Assembly (NCBI GenBank): GCA_973895155.1 | Contig: OZ316896.1 | Location: 5,027,925 to 5,091,924 of the forward strand | Direction of reading: 5' to 3' | DNA length: 64,000 bases | DNA from: Marsupella aquatica | Lineage: Eukaryota > Plantae > Marchantiophyta | In this document: positions 11,069 to 24,259 of the stretch, piece by piece | Layout of the letters: the number at the start of each line of letters is the position of its first letter | Position numbering within the stretch: position 1 is the first letter of the stretch | The notes under the pieces: model-generated | The model's database searches: none | What the model saw: the letters and a program-made list of their open reading frames with translations, nothing else | Told to the model about the DNA's origin: nothing | Translations under genes and position numbers: made by a program

Positions 11069-14000
11069 CTCTACAGTACCATGAGGTCTCTTTGCTACAA
11101 TTAAGGGTGACCGTTCAAGACAAAACGAGGACCGGTAAGTTGACCGGTCGAGTGTGTCTTCCACAGAATCTGCCAGCGAATCGTGCTTTTTAGAGAATGT
11201 CTAATTAAATCCACAGGGACGAGTTTGCGTTTCTTCCTCCCCCCACGAATTTTTGGGACTTCATTTTCTTCTTGGAGTGGGTTTATTGACTGATGACTCA
11301 ATTTTGTGGGGGACTAACTTCGAGGACCCAATCCGAAGCATCTTTCGTGGAGCAGAATGATTGATTGATTGAGTGATGATCGACTGGCTCACAGCAACCA
11401 CTTTCTAAATTTGCAAGCGGATTCGCTCTAGAATGCTGTCACGAACACAGGAATGCCTGCAGCAGATCCATTCGTTCGCAGACCTCCAATTTGTGGAAAG
11501 AAGAAGCTCTATGGTGGTGCGAAACGGCGGCTGGTTTGAGCTTCGAAAATGACTGAGTCTGAGGGCCGCAGAACTTTGAAGGTGCACTTTCGCTCTGGAC
11601 CCATTGATGCTTCTTTATGAAAGACGAAGCCGTTTACTCCAAGTCCTTGTTTCTGCCTCGCTGCAAGACTCGCATTCAACAACTCTGCGTCCAAAATTGA
11701 CCTGGTCGATTAAATTGGGCTCAGTAGACAGTTTAAGTTTTTACATGGTCGCTGAGAAAATCACTGGAAGGAATGCTGTGAGAGTCAGCTTTCAATTCCG
11801 GATGGTTTCGTAGCAGGAGGACTTGAGCATGCTAATTGTGCTGCTTTCTAACTGGAAAAGGAAGGAGTATTTGCCAGAGACTTGGTTCTAGTGGCTGCTT
11901 TGAGTTGGCTCAGGTGTAAGCTGCCATAAATCAAATTTAGACTTCTGTTAAGTCATCCTTGATCGATTGCAGGGTAAAACTGTCGGCTATATCGTCTGCT
12001 GGCTGCTCGGCAATGGCTGTCTCTTTTCCTGGAACAGTATGCTCACGGTGGAAGACTACTTTGGGAACGTGTTTCCGGTACTTTTTCTCTGTTCTCTCCT
12101 TCGCAAGGCTGAATAACACGGACTAGAGCACAATTTTCTCTCGTCTTTACTAGCATGCAGGTCTTACCGTCACCTTCAGGGTCCTCGATTTCTGAATTTA
12201 TCGTTTGGATATAAATTATATTCGGTGTGAAGCGGATGCCTGTACTCAGCCCCTTCTAGAGTCTGCAAACCTTGATAACTGCTGTACTGAGTGAGGGCTT
12301 CGCATGTGCAGAGGTACCATCCTACGAGAGTGTTCACGCTGGTTTACCAGCCATTTGCGCTGGGCACTCTAGCAGTCTTGACATATTATGAAGCTCGTGT
12401 CAACACTCGTCTCCGCGTTCTTTCGGGCTATGCTCTGTTTTGCTTATTTGTCCTCCTAATCCCAATTGTAAGCAAGGATTCAGGATTCAGGTTTCTATTT
12501 GGTATCTGGTAACAATTTGGTCTGTCGCCCTGGCTGTTCAAGTGTAGGGGATGTATAATAATTCTCCTTGATGCTCTTTCGCAAAGATCTAGAATTTACA
12601 GCGTTCACAAATCGAGATCATTTTCAGTGTAAATGACAGCCTTTGAGACAGTGCTGAAACACAGTGATGTTCTCTCAGAGCCTTCAAAGTTTCTTCGTTA
12701 GCTTTGGTTGCCTTCGTGGGTTGTTTGCTTCACGAAGAGCAAATGAATCCCAAGTTTGCTCTGCTGGTACCTATGTAGGAGAGAAGCATCTCGTCTTGGA
12801 TCTCATGCCAGATTTGATGATGTCAACTGCTTGTTCTGGTGCCCATAGCTCGATCTTGCTACGTCCGGACATGGAGGTATCGGCCCGTACGTTGGAACTT
12901 GCCTGTTTGTGGGAGGATTTGGCTTTGCGGATGCATTTGTACAGGGGGGAATGTTGGGCGACCTCTCGTACATGGATCCCCACTTTATTCAGGTTCGTTC
13001 AAGCTGTGATTCCAAGTTCCCCGCATTGGCTTGAAGGATGTCCCTTAAGTTTACTTACAATGAATAAAATCAGTGACTAGAATTGTGTCGTTGGTGACTC
13101 AACAGGCATTCTCTGCAGGATTGGCCTCATCTGGAGTTGTGACGTCCGGTCTGCGCTTCATAACGAAAGCCTCATTTGATAAGGCATCAAATGGTCTTCG
13201 AAAGGGCTTCCGTGAGTTCTCACACAAAATTCTCATCAACTTTCATATTTTCTTTTGCTTTTCAAGCCTATTACCACGTCACATTCTCTCATAGTTTCAT
13301 CCGGAGAACGCTAGTGACGCAGTGTTCCCTCTCAGATTTAAGCAAAGGAAGCTCAGTTCCAGACTTGGGTTACGACGAGTACTAATATTCCATCGGCTGG
13401 GTGTCCGAGGTACCAATCGGGTTTATTGAAGAGAAGAAATTTGGAACAGAGACAGATCAATCGCACACTAACACTCCTCTTGGAATTCCTGAGCCTTATC
13501 CCTCTGTCGTCATTTCTTTTGGATCTATGTGAGGACAAGAAGTCAGTGCTTTTACCTTGGGGTATGCTAAACTATATCTAGTGCCTACTAGACCTTGAGT
13601 GTGTCCTTAATGCATTTTCCTGTATAACAGACAGAAACGTACTAGGATTCCCTCCCAGTGTTCTCCTTAGACCAGACAATCTCCTGCTCTCGTCTATGGT
13701 GGTATTCGATTCCTATAACATCCGGAAACGATGGCCATCTTGCTATCGTAACGACCCTACATGTCCTTAACGCAGAGTTTTGTATCTCCCTCGATTTTTC
13801 CTCTTTAACTTGCAAGTGCCTCTTGGCCGCTGCTGTGGATCTGTGATGTTTCTGCAAATATGCTCCATTCGTCCTACATTTTCCCTGAAGTCGAGTTTCT
13901 CAAGGTGTTTCATGAGATAGAGATTTTATAAGGCGGTCTGTTGCGAACGTCATGTGAATTTCTGAGGAGGACCTTTTTTTAACGCAAACTAACCAGTGGA

Positions 14001-16328
14001 CGCAGTTGTGCTGCGCAGTTCTATTTTTCTTCTTGTCAGCATTTTTTGAGATACTGTGCCTTCTACTTTATGCTTTCGTCTTTCCCAAACTCGAGATTGT
14101 GAAGTATTATCGCTCAAAGACTGCTGCGGAAGGTTCGAAGACTGTGACCGCTGACCTCGCCGCAGGTGGTGTCTACGACGCCGTGCCTGTCAAAGTAAGG
14201 AAATTGTGACACGTCTTTTTGCATTCGGAAAACCAAAAAGAATGGGATCGAGTGCCGACTGAGCAAATCGAATGGTTTCACAGTTGCAATTGTCCATAGG
14301 CGAAGCTCCTAACACGATTTAGTGATTGTGCTTATGATATGCGTCATTAAGCACGATAAAAGTTTCTATAAGGATAATGGGCCGATCCTTCTTGACTGAT
14401 TTTGGACATGAATAGACAATCAGTAGTTTCTCGAACGTAAGAATATAGGAGGGTATCGCATTCTTAGGCAACATGACCCTGCATACTTTTTTCCCATAAT
14501 TTCTTCAACAAAAGCATGGGTTTTACTATTTGTCCCTCTTTTTTTTCAATAGACTTTTTATGTTTTGGGGGATAGCAAATTCTAACGAAAATGTCTTAGA
14601 GCTAAACCCACAGCTGATGGAGATGACTTGTGCAGCAAGAAGCGTGCAAAGTAGAATTTAGGTTGACTGGTTTTGTTCAAACACACGGATCCACGTTCTG
14701 GCTCTTGAGCGACGTGAACTTCCCGCATCAGCAACACGCACATCAATTGAACTGTATATGTTTCGTGTGTGCCATCCTGGGAGTGAATTTCTGACAGTTC
14801 TGAAGATGATAGATTAATCTGAATTCGCGTTTGATGAGCAGGATGAAGAGGCAGAAAGGCCTATTGTCCGTCGCACCAATTCTCAACTTCTTATGGAGAA
14901 TCTGGACTACTGTTTTGTGATAGTAACCACATACATTTTAAGTCTTTCAATATTTCCAGGTTTCCTGGCTGAAGACACAGGACGGCACCAGCTGGGTAGT
15001 TGGTGAGGCTGGATGCGCATTTGTTGTAAATGCAGACTCATTTATGGTTATGAGTTTGTAGGTCCATCATCTTCTAGCTTATGGGAGTGCTACGAAGTCG
15101 TTCCTTTCTTTATTGCCCTTGAAGCTGTTCGCGTTGCACTTGCAGGTATGCTATTACACTCATTGCCATGTACAATTGTGGGGATCTTCTTGGCCGTTGC
15201 ATACCTCTCATCAAGGCCCTCATGCTGAAGTCTCGACCAGGACTAATTGTGCTTACCCTTCTTCGCTATGGATTGATCCCCGCGTTTTACTTCACTTCAA
15301 AATATGGCACTCAGGGATGGATGTTGTTTCTATGTATACTTCTGGGCTTATCCAATGGTTACATCACTGTTTGCACATTTGTAGAAGCTCCAACGGGCTA
15401 CTCGGTAAGCAGAATGGCAAATCTCCGCCTCCTTTCGATTATGAGCGACGTCGAACTTGTGACGTGATCAAGATGACTGTTAATTGGGAACCTGTGAAAA
15501 GCATTTATTATTCTCATTTGGGTTCTCTTCCTGCACTTAAAGAACGGATTCATTGCAGCTACAGAATCGGTGTTTTGCCAAGTCTTTTTACACAACCTGT
15601 GTTTACTTTTGCAGGGTCCTGAACAAAATGCCCTAGGTAACATCTTAGTTTGGTTCCTTCTCCTAGGCATATCTGCCGGAGTTGTACTGGACTGGTTGTG
15701 GTTGATTGGCACAGGCTGGTGATCTACCAGCCTTGGAAAATTTGCACTGCCACACTGCACTAGTATTCAAGCTGGAAACCTTCGGTAGATTTACTTGATG
15801 TGAACATCAATATCACATTCCAGGCTGGAGCTTGCATTAAAACAAATAATCATATGAGAAGCACTCATTCCCCGGCTAGAATTATCGTTCAATAACTGTA
15901 CAGCAAAGTTGAGTTCATCAATCAATCTGTCATTACCTTGTCAAATTGGCAGCAATGGATGTAGTTACAAGTGAAAAATTGGCTTTTTCTTGAGTACTAC
16001 TGAGCCCATCCCATGTATTTGATGCGGAATTGGCAGAAACCTTGTACAAAAGGGTCATATTCTGTCCCACAATGTTCCGTCTTGCTTATGCTATGACGAC
16101 ACTTCTTTACTTTCTCAAACGATACTTCAAGATGTCATGTTGTTATTACTTGCTGACTGGTCCCGGACTGGCAAGAATGATGCGCCATTCAGTCTTGAGT
16201 GCTAGTAATTCAGTAGCTGTAACAAATTGAAAGCACAAAGACTTGGCTCGTCCACTAGCTTTAAAGGACTATTGCTGGTGCTTGGGTTTATCTAGTCATT
16301 GTACTGTGAACCTTGAAATCCAAGCAAG
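11069..16328 (+). repeat. Tandem segmental duplication unit 2 (ENT gene plus flanks)
   Basis: Paralogous to 2590-9055 across exons, introns and flanks. Confidence 0.9.
11549..15722 (+). CDS. ENT3: Equilibrative nucleoside transporter (ENT3-like, SLC29), copy 2; 9 exons, 415 aa
   Basis: Exons 11549-11581, 11973-12077, 12312-12467, 12849-12992, 13106-13211, 14019-14194, 14842-15002, 15146-15404, 15615-15722. Exon lengths are identical to copy 1 and all introns are GT-AG. It retains the family TM8 motif AMYNCGDLLGR. Confidence 0.95.
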
Positions 16329-16699
16329 GGGATCTCTCATGAATGTCAAAGGTCAACAGTTATCGCTCTCTTGTTAACTCCCCGGCACTTGCTCTCTTGG
16401 GGGTGCTAACTGACTCTTCTTCCCAAATGAAAACTCATCGGAAACCTTTCTCGAGTCTTATCAACAAAATCGAAGGTACTAAATGCGCGATTATCTTTGC
16501 TCGACAGATTGATATGTTGATGATCCCTTGCGCAACACTTGTGAACACACAACACAACCATCAGCAATCTGGTGAGTCGAGCAGTGCAAATGGGTATCTG
16601 ATAAGAAGATGGAACGGAAATTTTCGTTAAACCTGCAACAAAAATTTATGTTCTACCAGACCAAGCTTTTGATAGAGCTAGAAAACACTACAGTGGGCT

Positions 16700-17399
16700 T
16701 ATCATCTCGTAATAGTGCACCATCGAATTATTATGGACTTCCTATCCTACGTTTGGAACCAATTTGTAGCCAATTTAGGGCCTTCCTTTCCGTTCAGAGC
16801 ACAAAATACAGGCAATCTTCTTGTATCCTTTAATTCACGCCCATCTTTGTATTTCATGCTTGAAAGGACATTTGCAGAAGGTTCCTCCCTTTCCTTTCCT
16901 TTGCGCTTCACTCCTCCCAAGGTATATTCACGAGTGTAATACTCCATTCCTCATATTTTGCAATCAATGATACGGATTGACCATTCTGTCGTATCCCTCC
17001 GTGAAGACGTGGGATCGGAGAACATGCACAACAAGAGTTCGTGGACTAGAGAGCCATGGCCGCTTTCCTTTTAGCACAAACTATTCTCCTGTAATTAACC
17101 AGAACGACCGTCTCTGTAGAGCTCGAGCGATCTCTTAAATCTGTAGACCTGGTAATACCGAATCTTGCACTACGCCAGCCTTGACTGAAGTTACTGACCC
17201 AGGGCCGCAGCAATTCAAAGGCTACCAACATACAGCATGCCGGGACGGTGACGCTGTTTTCACGAAGACTTCTGGAACTACAGTCCTGGTACGGATATAC
17301 TCCCCCGGGCTCGGGTTGGGTTTCTGGCTGATGAGAGTCGATAAGTATGAATGGACGGAAGGTTCTCATAAAGAATTCTTCTCAGACAAGAAAAAGTAA
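16700..17399 (+). pseudogene. Possible heavily degraded F-box gene remnant
   Basis: Frame-broken fragments VHHRIIM / GLPILRLEPICSQFRAFLS (F-box-like), GHLQKVPPFPFL and GFWLMRVDKYEWTE loosely resemble plant F-box proteins. Resemblance was judged by eye only. Confidence 0.22.
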
Positions 17400-18507
17400 T
17401 ACTCCCGTTTTGGCTGGAACTATGCACCGACTCATTGATGATTGAGTCTTGATGCACCTTCATGGTCTTGCTCAACTTCTTCCACGAACATGGATGTGAT
17501 CCAACTTCTTTGGTTCTATTCCATCCCCCTACCTCCACTTGTAAGGAAGCATTTTCTTTTTGCACGCTTATTTAGCGGTTCGGTTTCGTTTACTTGATCT
17601 GAAGGTCTGTGAGACTCCTGTGTCTCTTCATTCAAGTCGGAACCATTGTACGCTGCAATCCTCCCTTGGCCGATTTGAGATATTCCCCATATCTTATTCA
17701 ACTGTTTCTTGCACGGAATTCCTGTCAGTGTTAATACCGTAGCTCAAGGAATAAAGGGAGCACAGTGGAAATTATTGAGCAGAAATTACTGTGTGAGATT
17801 GACATTGAGGTTATATGCTATTCAAATGCTTGTTCATTGGTTCTTGTTACTGCTGCTGCGTTTTCTGTAAATCTATTCGTTTGTTGTTCGGTCCGTTTCC
17901 TTGTTTAATTTTTTCTGAAAGAATTGTGTTGAGTTTCTTCATTCAAATCCGGTATCATTCATGTCGCGCTTTGGTCTATGCTCTTGCTCTCAACAGGCCA
18001 ACCCCTGGGTGGAATTAATATCTAGGCTCGATAGTAGTGGGTCCAATTTGACCCCGTCGTTCGACCTCCTTGAGGCGCCGAGTGAAGCCTCCTATGGTCA
18101 GTTGTTCATTCTTCGTTCTTATCTGACACTTATGGCCTACTGACCCTCAAAATTCTTCAGTGGACATAATCCCACAGATTGATTGTGGACTCACTTCTTG
18201 AAATTAATGCTCTGCGGTACAGAAAAAAGTTCAGATTTGAGTCCCTCTTTAAATCAAAAGCATTGAATGGGTAAGGGCCATTTTACCGATCCGAGTAGAG
18301 CTGCATTACTGCCAGAGCAGTGAAAGACTACCTTTGAAATGAGGCAATAATCCTACGGAGATTCTGAACATGAACTCACCAGAACGAAGTGTGAAGCAGA
18401 ATTTCGAGAGATCGGACAAAGGGAAAACTGGAATTCGGTGTCAATTCGTAGTATTCTCACACAATCATGACCGTCCGTTTGCAGAATTCTCACATATTGA
18501 GCTTCAC

Positions 18508-18662
18508 TTCGCAGATGTTATGATGGAGACGTGTGAAGGATTTGCTGACGAGTCAATTCACAGATGTTAGCATAGCGAGACGTATGAACGATTTGCTGAT
18601 GAGTCAATTCGCAGATGTTCTTATGGAGAGCCGTCTCAAGGATTTTGCGGATGAGTCATTAA
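18508..18662. repeat. ~50-bp degenerate tandem repeat x3
   Basis: TTC(G/A)CAGATGTT...GAGACGT.TGAA.GATTTGCTGA(C/T)GAGTCAA is repeated contiguously. Confidence 0.85.
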
Positions 18663-20577
18663 CAAATCAATTTCCTCTAGTTCGTTGGAACAGCGTTCTT
18701 TACAACAGCCTAAATTATTGTTCGTTCCAATACAGTACACCATCTGGTGTCAGCTTCCGGTAACCGGGAGTCGCCGGCAGATCGACCTTGGCCACGGCCA
18801 AATTAAGGTACGATTAACAGATTTGTCCGTAGAGTACTCGACAATCTTTGCAATCTTGAGGTGGCCTTACAAAATCCCATGAGAGCAACGTACCGTGGGG
18901 GCTTGTCCCATCCAAAATTAAACCTCAGCAGCGTACAAATATAAACCTCAGCAAAGGACAGTACAAGAGTGTCGATAGAACAGAGGGGAGCAAATCTTTC
19001 AATTGCTTTTACCCACACATGGAGCGCAAACACAAGGCTGAGCATGCAGAACTCACGGTCTGGCTCTTTTTTTTCTATCGACACACTTCCGCGGTAACCA
19101 GGTTCAGTGTACTTTGTAAGAGCTGTAGCCTTTTACGAAGAGCATTATTCATTCCTTTAAGGATTAGACATCGCTCCACGGGATCTCTTGTAGCTTTTTT
19201 CTATCGACGCACACTGTTTTTTCGGAACGGCGAAAATCAACCTACATTGATGAAACCGCCAGTATTCCATCGACACTCTTTGATTTTTCCATCAGTAGCG
19301 ATCTTGTTCAATGGCATACATTTGTGGAGCGCATAGCACATTAGTATCTGCCACAAGAGAGATATACTCATCGATCTTCCTTCAGATGCCCTTGTCTCGA
19401 TCGTGGGCTTCAATCAATTGCTCGTATCGCCAGGATTTATTGCTTCAGAGGAAAACAAAAGCACATTATGGGTAGTACTCCCTTTATTACTTGAGCAGCT
19501 ACCAAAGTCTCACATTGGGGAAATGGAGAAATGGGAGAGAGCGTGCATTGTGAATTTCCCAAAACAACAATTAAAAAGTACAGAAATTGAAATATCTCCA
19601 TTGCCATTCGCATTTTGCAGCTAAGTTCACTGCACACGACATAGAGACATCGCTTCTTCATGTCACTCGGGAAGATTCCAACGTATTCCGTTCCAAGAAA
19701 TCCTTGACTGCTGAAATCCATCACCATAAATTCATGATTATGGAGTGCCTCGCCACGCATGCAAGATCATTATCCCCAGGCTTCGCCTTCGGAATCTTTC
19801 CACAGTCCCAGATTCATTTCGAGAGTCCGTCACTGTGTTCGAGACACTTTGCGGCCCAGAGAATTGGAATTTGTACTTATTAATTATGACGAACACGTTC
19901 GCCCATGTCCTGCGAGAAAATGATTCTTTTTGTCACATAGCAGGGCAGTGCTTTAAATACTGATATTTTATCTAATTACATTTTTTATTTTGAAGAACAA
20001 TGTATAATTATCATGCACGAACTGAAGCCTGTGATGGTCTGACACGTTGTCATCTCGGGCTCGCACATTTTTTCATTGCCTTGTTTTTAATTTTATAAAC
20101 AATGTTAGGATGCTCCCAGGGACCACCACGTCGGTCTTTGAAAACCCCCATGAATTATATTTTCCAAAATTTAGGTTTAATTATAATAATTTGATGTTCA
20201 TGAATATTTTTTAGTTTTAAGAATGTACTAGACTAGTAAGTAAGTCACACTCCATCAAAGTGGTGAATTTTTGGCCATTTTGATTGAGTTTATTCATCAT
20301 GGATGGGGAGGGGTAAATTCTATTAGATTCATTCTGTTAATATGATATCTTAAGGCTTGTCTTTTCATGGGTCTCCTCTTTCTCTAGTTGCCTTGCAAGT
20401 AAAAAACTATAAATTATTTTAAGTCCTGTACTTATCAAGTTACAAGCCCAAAATTCCCATGGACCACATTACTGTGTTCAACATGGACGTCCATCAGTCT
20501 GGCTTCACTTTCTTAGAACATCAGAACATTGTATGGCAAGAGCCTGTATGGGGCTAAGGTAATGTGGCGCTAAGGTA

Positions 20578-20745
20578 GAGAGAGATAGTGGATGGACCCC
20601 CAAAATGTAAAGTGTTTCTTGATGGACCCATGAATGATCCAGACCCTTGATAGACCTCAAATCAATGTACCCAAAAGCTCATGGGGTCTCATGGGGTCTA
20701 TCAAGTAAGACACTTCAATTTAGGGGTCCATCAAGTATATCTCTC
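20578..20745. mobile_element. Mutator-like (MULE) MITE, 168 bp
   Basis: 10-bp TSD CGCTAAGGTA (20568-20577 and 20746-20755) and ~50-bp imperfect TIRs (GAGAGATAGTGGATGGACCCCCAAAAT... / ...ATTTAGGGGTCCATCAAGTATATCTCTC). Related degenerate copies lie at ~23250-23395 and ~29505-29585. Confidence 0.82.
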
Positions 20746-21304
20746 CGCTAAGGTAGTATGGATTGTTATAGTTGTTGTAGGCTTAACATGCACAGAATGT
20801 CCATTTTATTCTTAACTGGCTAGGTAAGGATGGTAAACTTTTGGTTTGAATTTCCATTAGTTTCAGCTCAAATGTTTCCAGCATGTCCTCTGGTTTCAAA
20901 CTCCAACAACTGGTCTGGGTGAAATTGACCCTCTTATAAGGATAATGTTGTCCCTATCGCTTATCTGGAGAATAATAAAGTTTCTATGTCTTGAAGCTAT
21001 GATCTGAGTCCAATTGAAAGCAATCAGTGAGCTGCAAGGTATGACTAAAAACATGTGTGTCACTCCCTCGCTCCCATCTCACAGATTTGAGCTAGCCACT
21101 TCCCAGAATTGTCAAGCCGTCACCACCTTTGCAAGTATTTAGGGCATTTTGGACATAACATTTGATGACTTATACAAAAGGGAGTCAAGTTGTCAGTGCT
21201 TAGGGATGACAATCTGACTTAGTTTTAAGTTTCAATTGGAAAACTTGCCCATTTCTTGGCAGTACTTTTGGATCTCCAAGCTCAAAATTTCTTGAGCATG
21301 TTGT

Positions 21305-21432
21305 TTGATCTCCTTCTTTTAGGAGTCCTTTTCACTCTTTTCCTCCCCTTCATTGGATTGCTTTGCCTTTGGGATCTTGTTTCCCCCTTTGGAGTTTTTT
21401 GTGATCTTGTCTCCCCCTTTGGAGTTTTTTGC
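21305..21432 (-). repeat. 30-bp tandem repeat with polypurine-tract-like motif
   Basis: GATCTTGT(T/C)TCCCCCTTTGGAGTTTTTTG occurs twice, with degenerate upstream copies. The minus strand reads CAAAGGGGGA(G/A)A. Confidence 0.6.
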
Positions 21433-21859
21433 TCTTGGGCACTGTGATAAATACTTTTAGACCTATCTGCAAAGCATTGACCACTCTTGTGCATTTTTGG
21501 CGAAACATTTATTTGATGGGTCGCCATAATTGAGAACGTTACTTGATGTATCTCATGAGTGACCCAGATTGTTGACAACCAAAATCAAAAGCTGGTTGTG
21601 AACGAAACTTTGGTTTGGGGGTACCATAAACTAAAAGTCTCCAATTTTCACAAATAATTTCAGAAACTAAACCTATCCACAATTTTGACCTCAAGAATTG
21701 TTGGGTGGGACTGAAAATTTCAATCATTTCTGACTTAGTGCGTTAACCTGGTCGTCCTGTCAGAATGATGGCTTCCTTGTTCCATTGAACTATGTACTAA
21801 TTAATGCTTGAGGTTCCGAATGACGATGATGACGCAGTGTAGTGTTCCACTCGTTGTGG

Positions 21860-22165
21860 ATGATTATTATTGTTGTTGTACCAACGAAGGACTTCCAGAG
21901 TTCCAGAGTTGGAGCCTCGACGACGGAACCCTCATCATGCCCACAAAGGAACGATAGGGTCGTCGCCTAACCGCGACCTCCCTCCCACCACTGACTACGG
22001 TACGTACTGTACTATACTGTCCTGTACTTGAAGTAACCGCGACCCCCGTCCCGCTTGACCTACGGTACCACGCAGTCAACCCGCATCCTGGGCTCTGGTC
22101 CCGGTCTTCGACCGTGGTTACCTACGCCACGTTAACGACCTACACTGGCGTGCAGAGCAGGGTCA
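21860..22165. promoter_or_regulatory. Isolated CpG-rich island (putative distal regulatory element)
   Basis: Abrupt rise in GC and CpG within AT-rich DNA, with repeated TAACCGCGACC and CTACGGTAC motifs and no credible ORF. Confidence 0.35.
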
Positions 22166-22169
22166 TGTT

Positions 22170-22450
22170 TTAAAGGATTTTTTTATTCGCTAGAGTGGCA
22201 AATGTCACCTTGTGGGGAAGAACCAGAAGCTGCTAACAAAATTCTTATTTACTTTTCCTAGATTAGTTTTTGACTGCTAGATCTCCCTAAAATCAAGATT
22301 TAAACCATCAGATTCTGGCGACTGAGGTGTGTGGCTAGATCAAAAACTTGGTAATCTAAGACGAAAAGGTACCCAGTGTTGCCCAAAGTGGCCAAGAATT
22401 TTCAGTGGGGTACGTGAAGTTTGGCAAATTTTGGCAGCTAGAAAAATGCT
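22170..22450 (+). mobile_element. Dispersed ~250-bp MITE-like repeat, copy B
   Basis: TAGAGTGGCAAATGTC...CTAGATCTCCCTAAA...AGATTCTGGC...GTGAAGTTTGGCAAA is shared with copies A, C, D and E. Confidence 0.7.
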
Positions 22451-23249
22451 GGTGTAGATTACCTCAAATATGTGCAAAAAGTAAAGGGGTCCTAGGGATA
22501 CCTGCACAGAATATTGCCATGTTAATTTAGTAATATTCTAAGCTTCCTAGTGTGACTACTGGCTTTTCAGGCAGGTCCTCAGTGAAAGGGGATAGCACTT
22601 TACCACAAGTCTTTCTCTGCCAGGTTGTGATTATAGTCTCATTGTCATTGCTGAAAATATTCTTGAAGCAAAACCCAGGTTTTTGATTGATATTTAGGGG
22701 AGGCGAGTGAGTTTGACGGACAGGGAGAGTAAATGGCATGGCTCATAGAAAGGCCAAGACAGGTCTCTTTCAAAAATCCAATGTTCAGAGAAAAAGGGTA
22801 GGGTTATCTTGACCAAATTACAGTTAGTAGGCCACTCACTAACTTTAGCCCTCCCTCCACTGAGCTCCATGCACTAGTAGCTCAATTTTAAAAGTATCAT
22901 GCAAAATTTTGTTGGTCGTGTGGAAGTTGAAGGTAGGCTAGTTCCTAAATACTGTTTCGACATGTTCTTAATAGTAACCAGGCATGATGTTTTTGACACT
23001 TATTGTATCTTTATCATGGCTGCCCACACAGTAACCATTTATTAGTTTCTGGTCATGGGGCATAGTACAATGAAGACACTAGCCCAAATTCTTGCGTTTA
23101 TACATACATAGGGAGGGCTCCCCTTACCCAGGCTCCATGCCCGTCCCAAGTATAATCTAAATGTCAATTTGCTGTCCCCAAAGAAATTACTATATGACTT
23201 CATTCCTTAAAGTTAGTCATGAGTGGTGGACTTTGACCCAGATATTTGC

Positions 23250-23395
23250 TTCATGGGACCCTAAATTGAGAACTCGATAGGATTCCCAGAATTATCCAGA
23301 TAATAGATTGACCCTTGATAGACCTTGAATCAAAGCACCCAAAACTTCAGGGGTCCTATAAGTAAAACTTTTCATTTTGAGGTCCCATCAAGCAA
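23250..23395. mobile_element. Degenerate copy of the MULE-MITE family at 20578
   Basis: Shares GGACCCTAAATTG, GACCCTTGATAGACCT and GGGGTCC...GGTCCCATCAAG motifs. Confidence 0.55.
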
Positions 23396-24259
23396 GTAGC
23401 TTGACTTTGATCCCGAATTACAGTAGATGATGCATTGGCGCCAGGATTAGCGCTGGTGTAAGATAAAGTCGTTCAAATTCCTCGAGTCTTACCAGTAAAA
23501 GTGGAGTGTAAGCGTGTTTAGAAAGATCATCCACAAAGCATTTTCTCAGATTCCGTACAGCCTCAAAACTTATAGATGATATGCTCTTTCCTGGTTTATA
23601 AAACTACATTTAAGTTCAAAATCGAGAAGAGAATTGTGTTGCATTTTGCCAGTTAATTAAAAGTGAGTTCGAAACAAAACAAAAAAAGCGTGTGTATGAG
23701 ATTTAGATGTCACCTAGTTGAATTATCTTTAGCAATTCTAATGATATTGTGGAGAGATCTCTAAAGCAAGTCATGGAAGTATTATGTTTCAGAAGAATTT
23801 TCCAAAGAACCCTATAGGTTTCAGATATCCAACCTAACTACCGGAACTATAATATCCTGCATTGTAATCCAATGGAGTAGTAAAAATCTGATAAGTAAGT
23901 CATGGAAGTACGAGCCCTATGCCAGTGCTTTGCACTGTGCAAGGAGGGCAGACCCATAGGGATTGGCCGGGGGCATTACGGGGCAGCGGGGAAGCAAATA
24001 CGTGATAGGGGTGTACATTTCTCTCATCAATGGTGAGCAAAAAAAGCTAATCAAATCCAACGGCTGTGGACCTTTCCCACCCAGAAGCTTTTTTGTATGA
24101 GGACAAAGGACAAAAAAATGTGGGATCCCTTATTATAGTTGTAGATTACGTTTCAGAGAGATCTCCAAAAACACAAACCCAACTTAAAGAATACGCTACA
24201 CTGATGATTCTGTTCATCTGTGGTGCTTGTGGTTTACGGTGTTCCTAGAAAGGCAATTT

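Noticed and set aside
18508-18662. CRISPR-like appearance of ~50-bp repeats
   Set aside because: The units are contiguous and degenerate, without unique spacers, in eukaryotic DNA with no cas genes.
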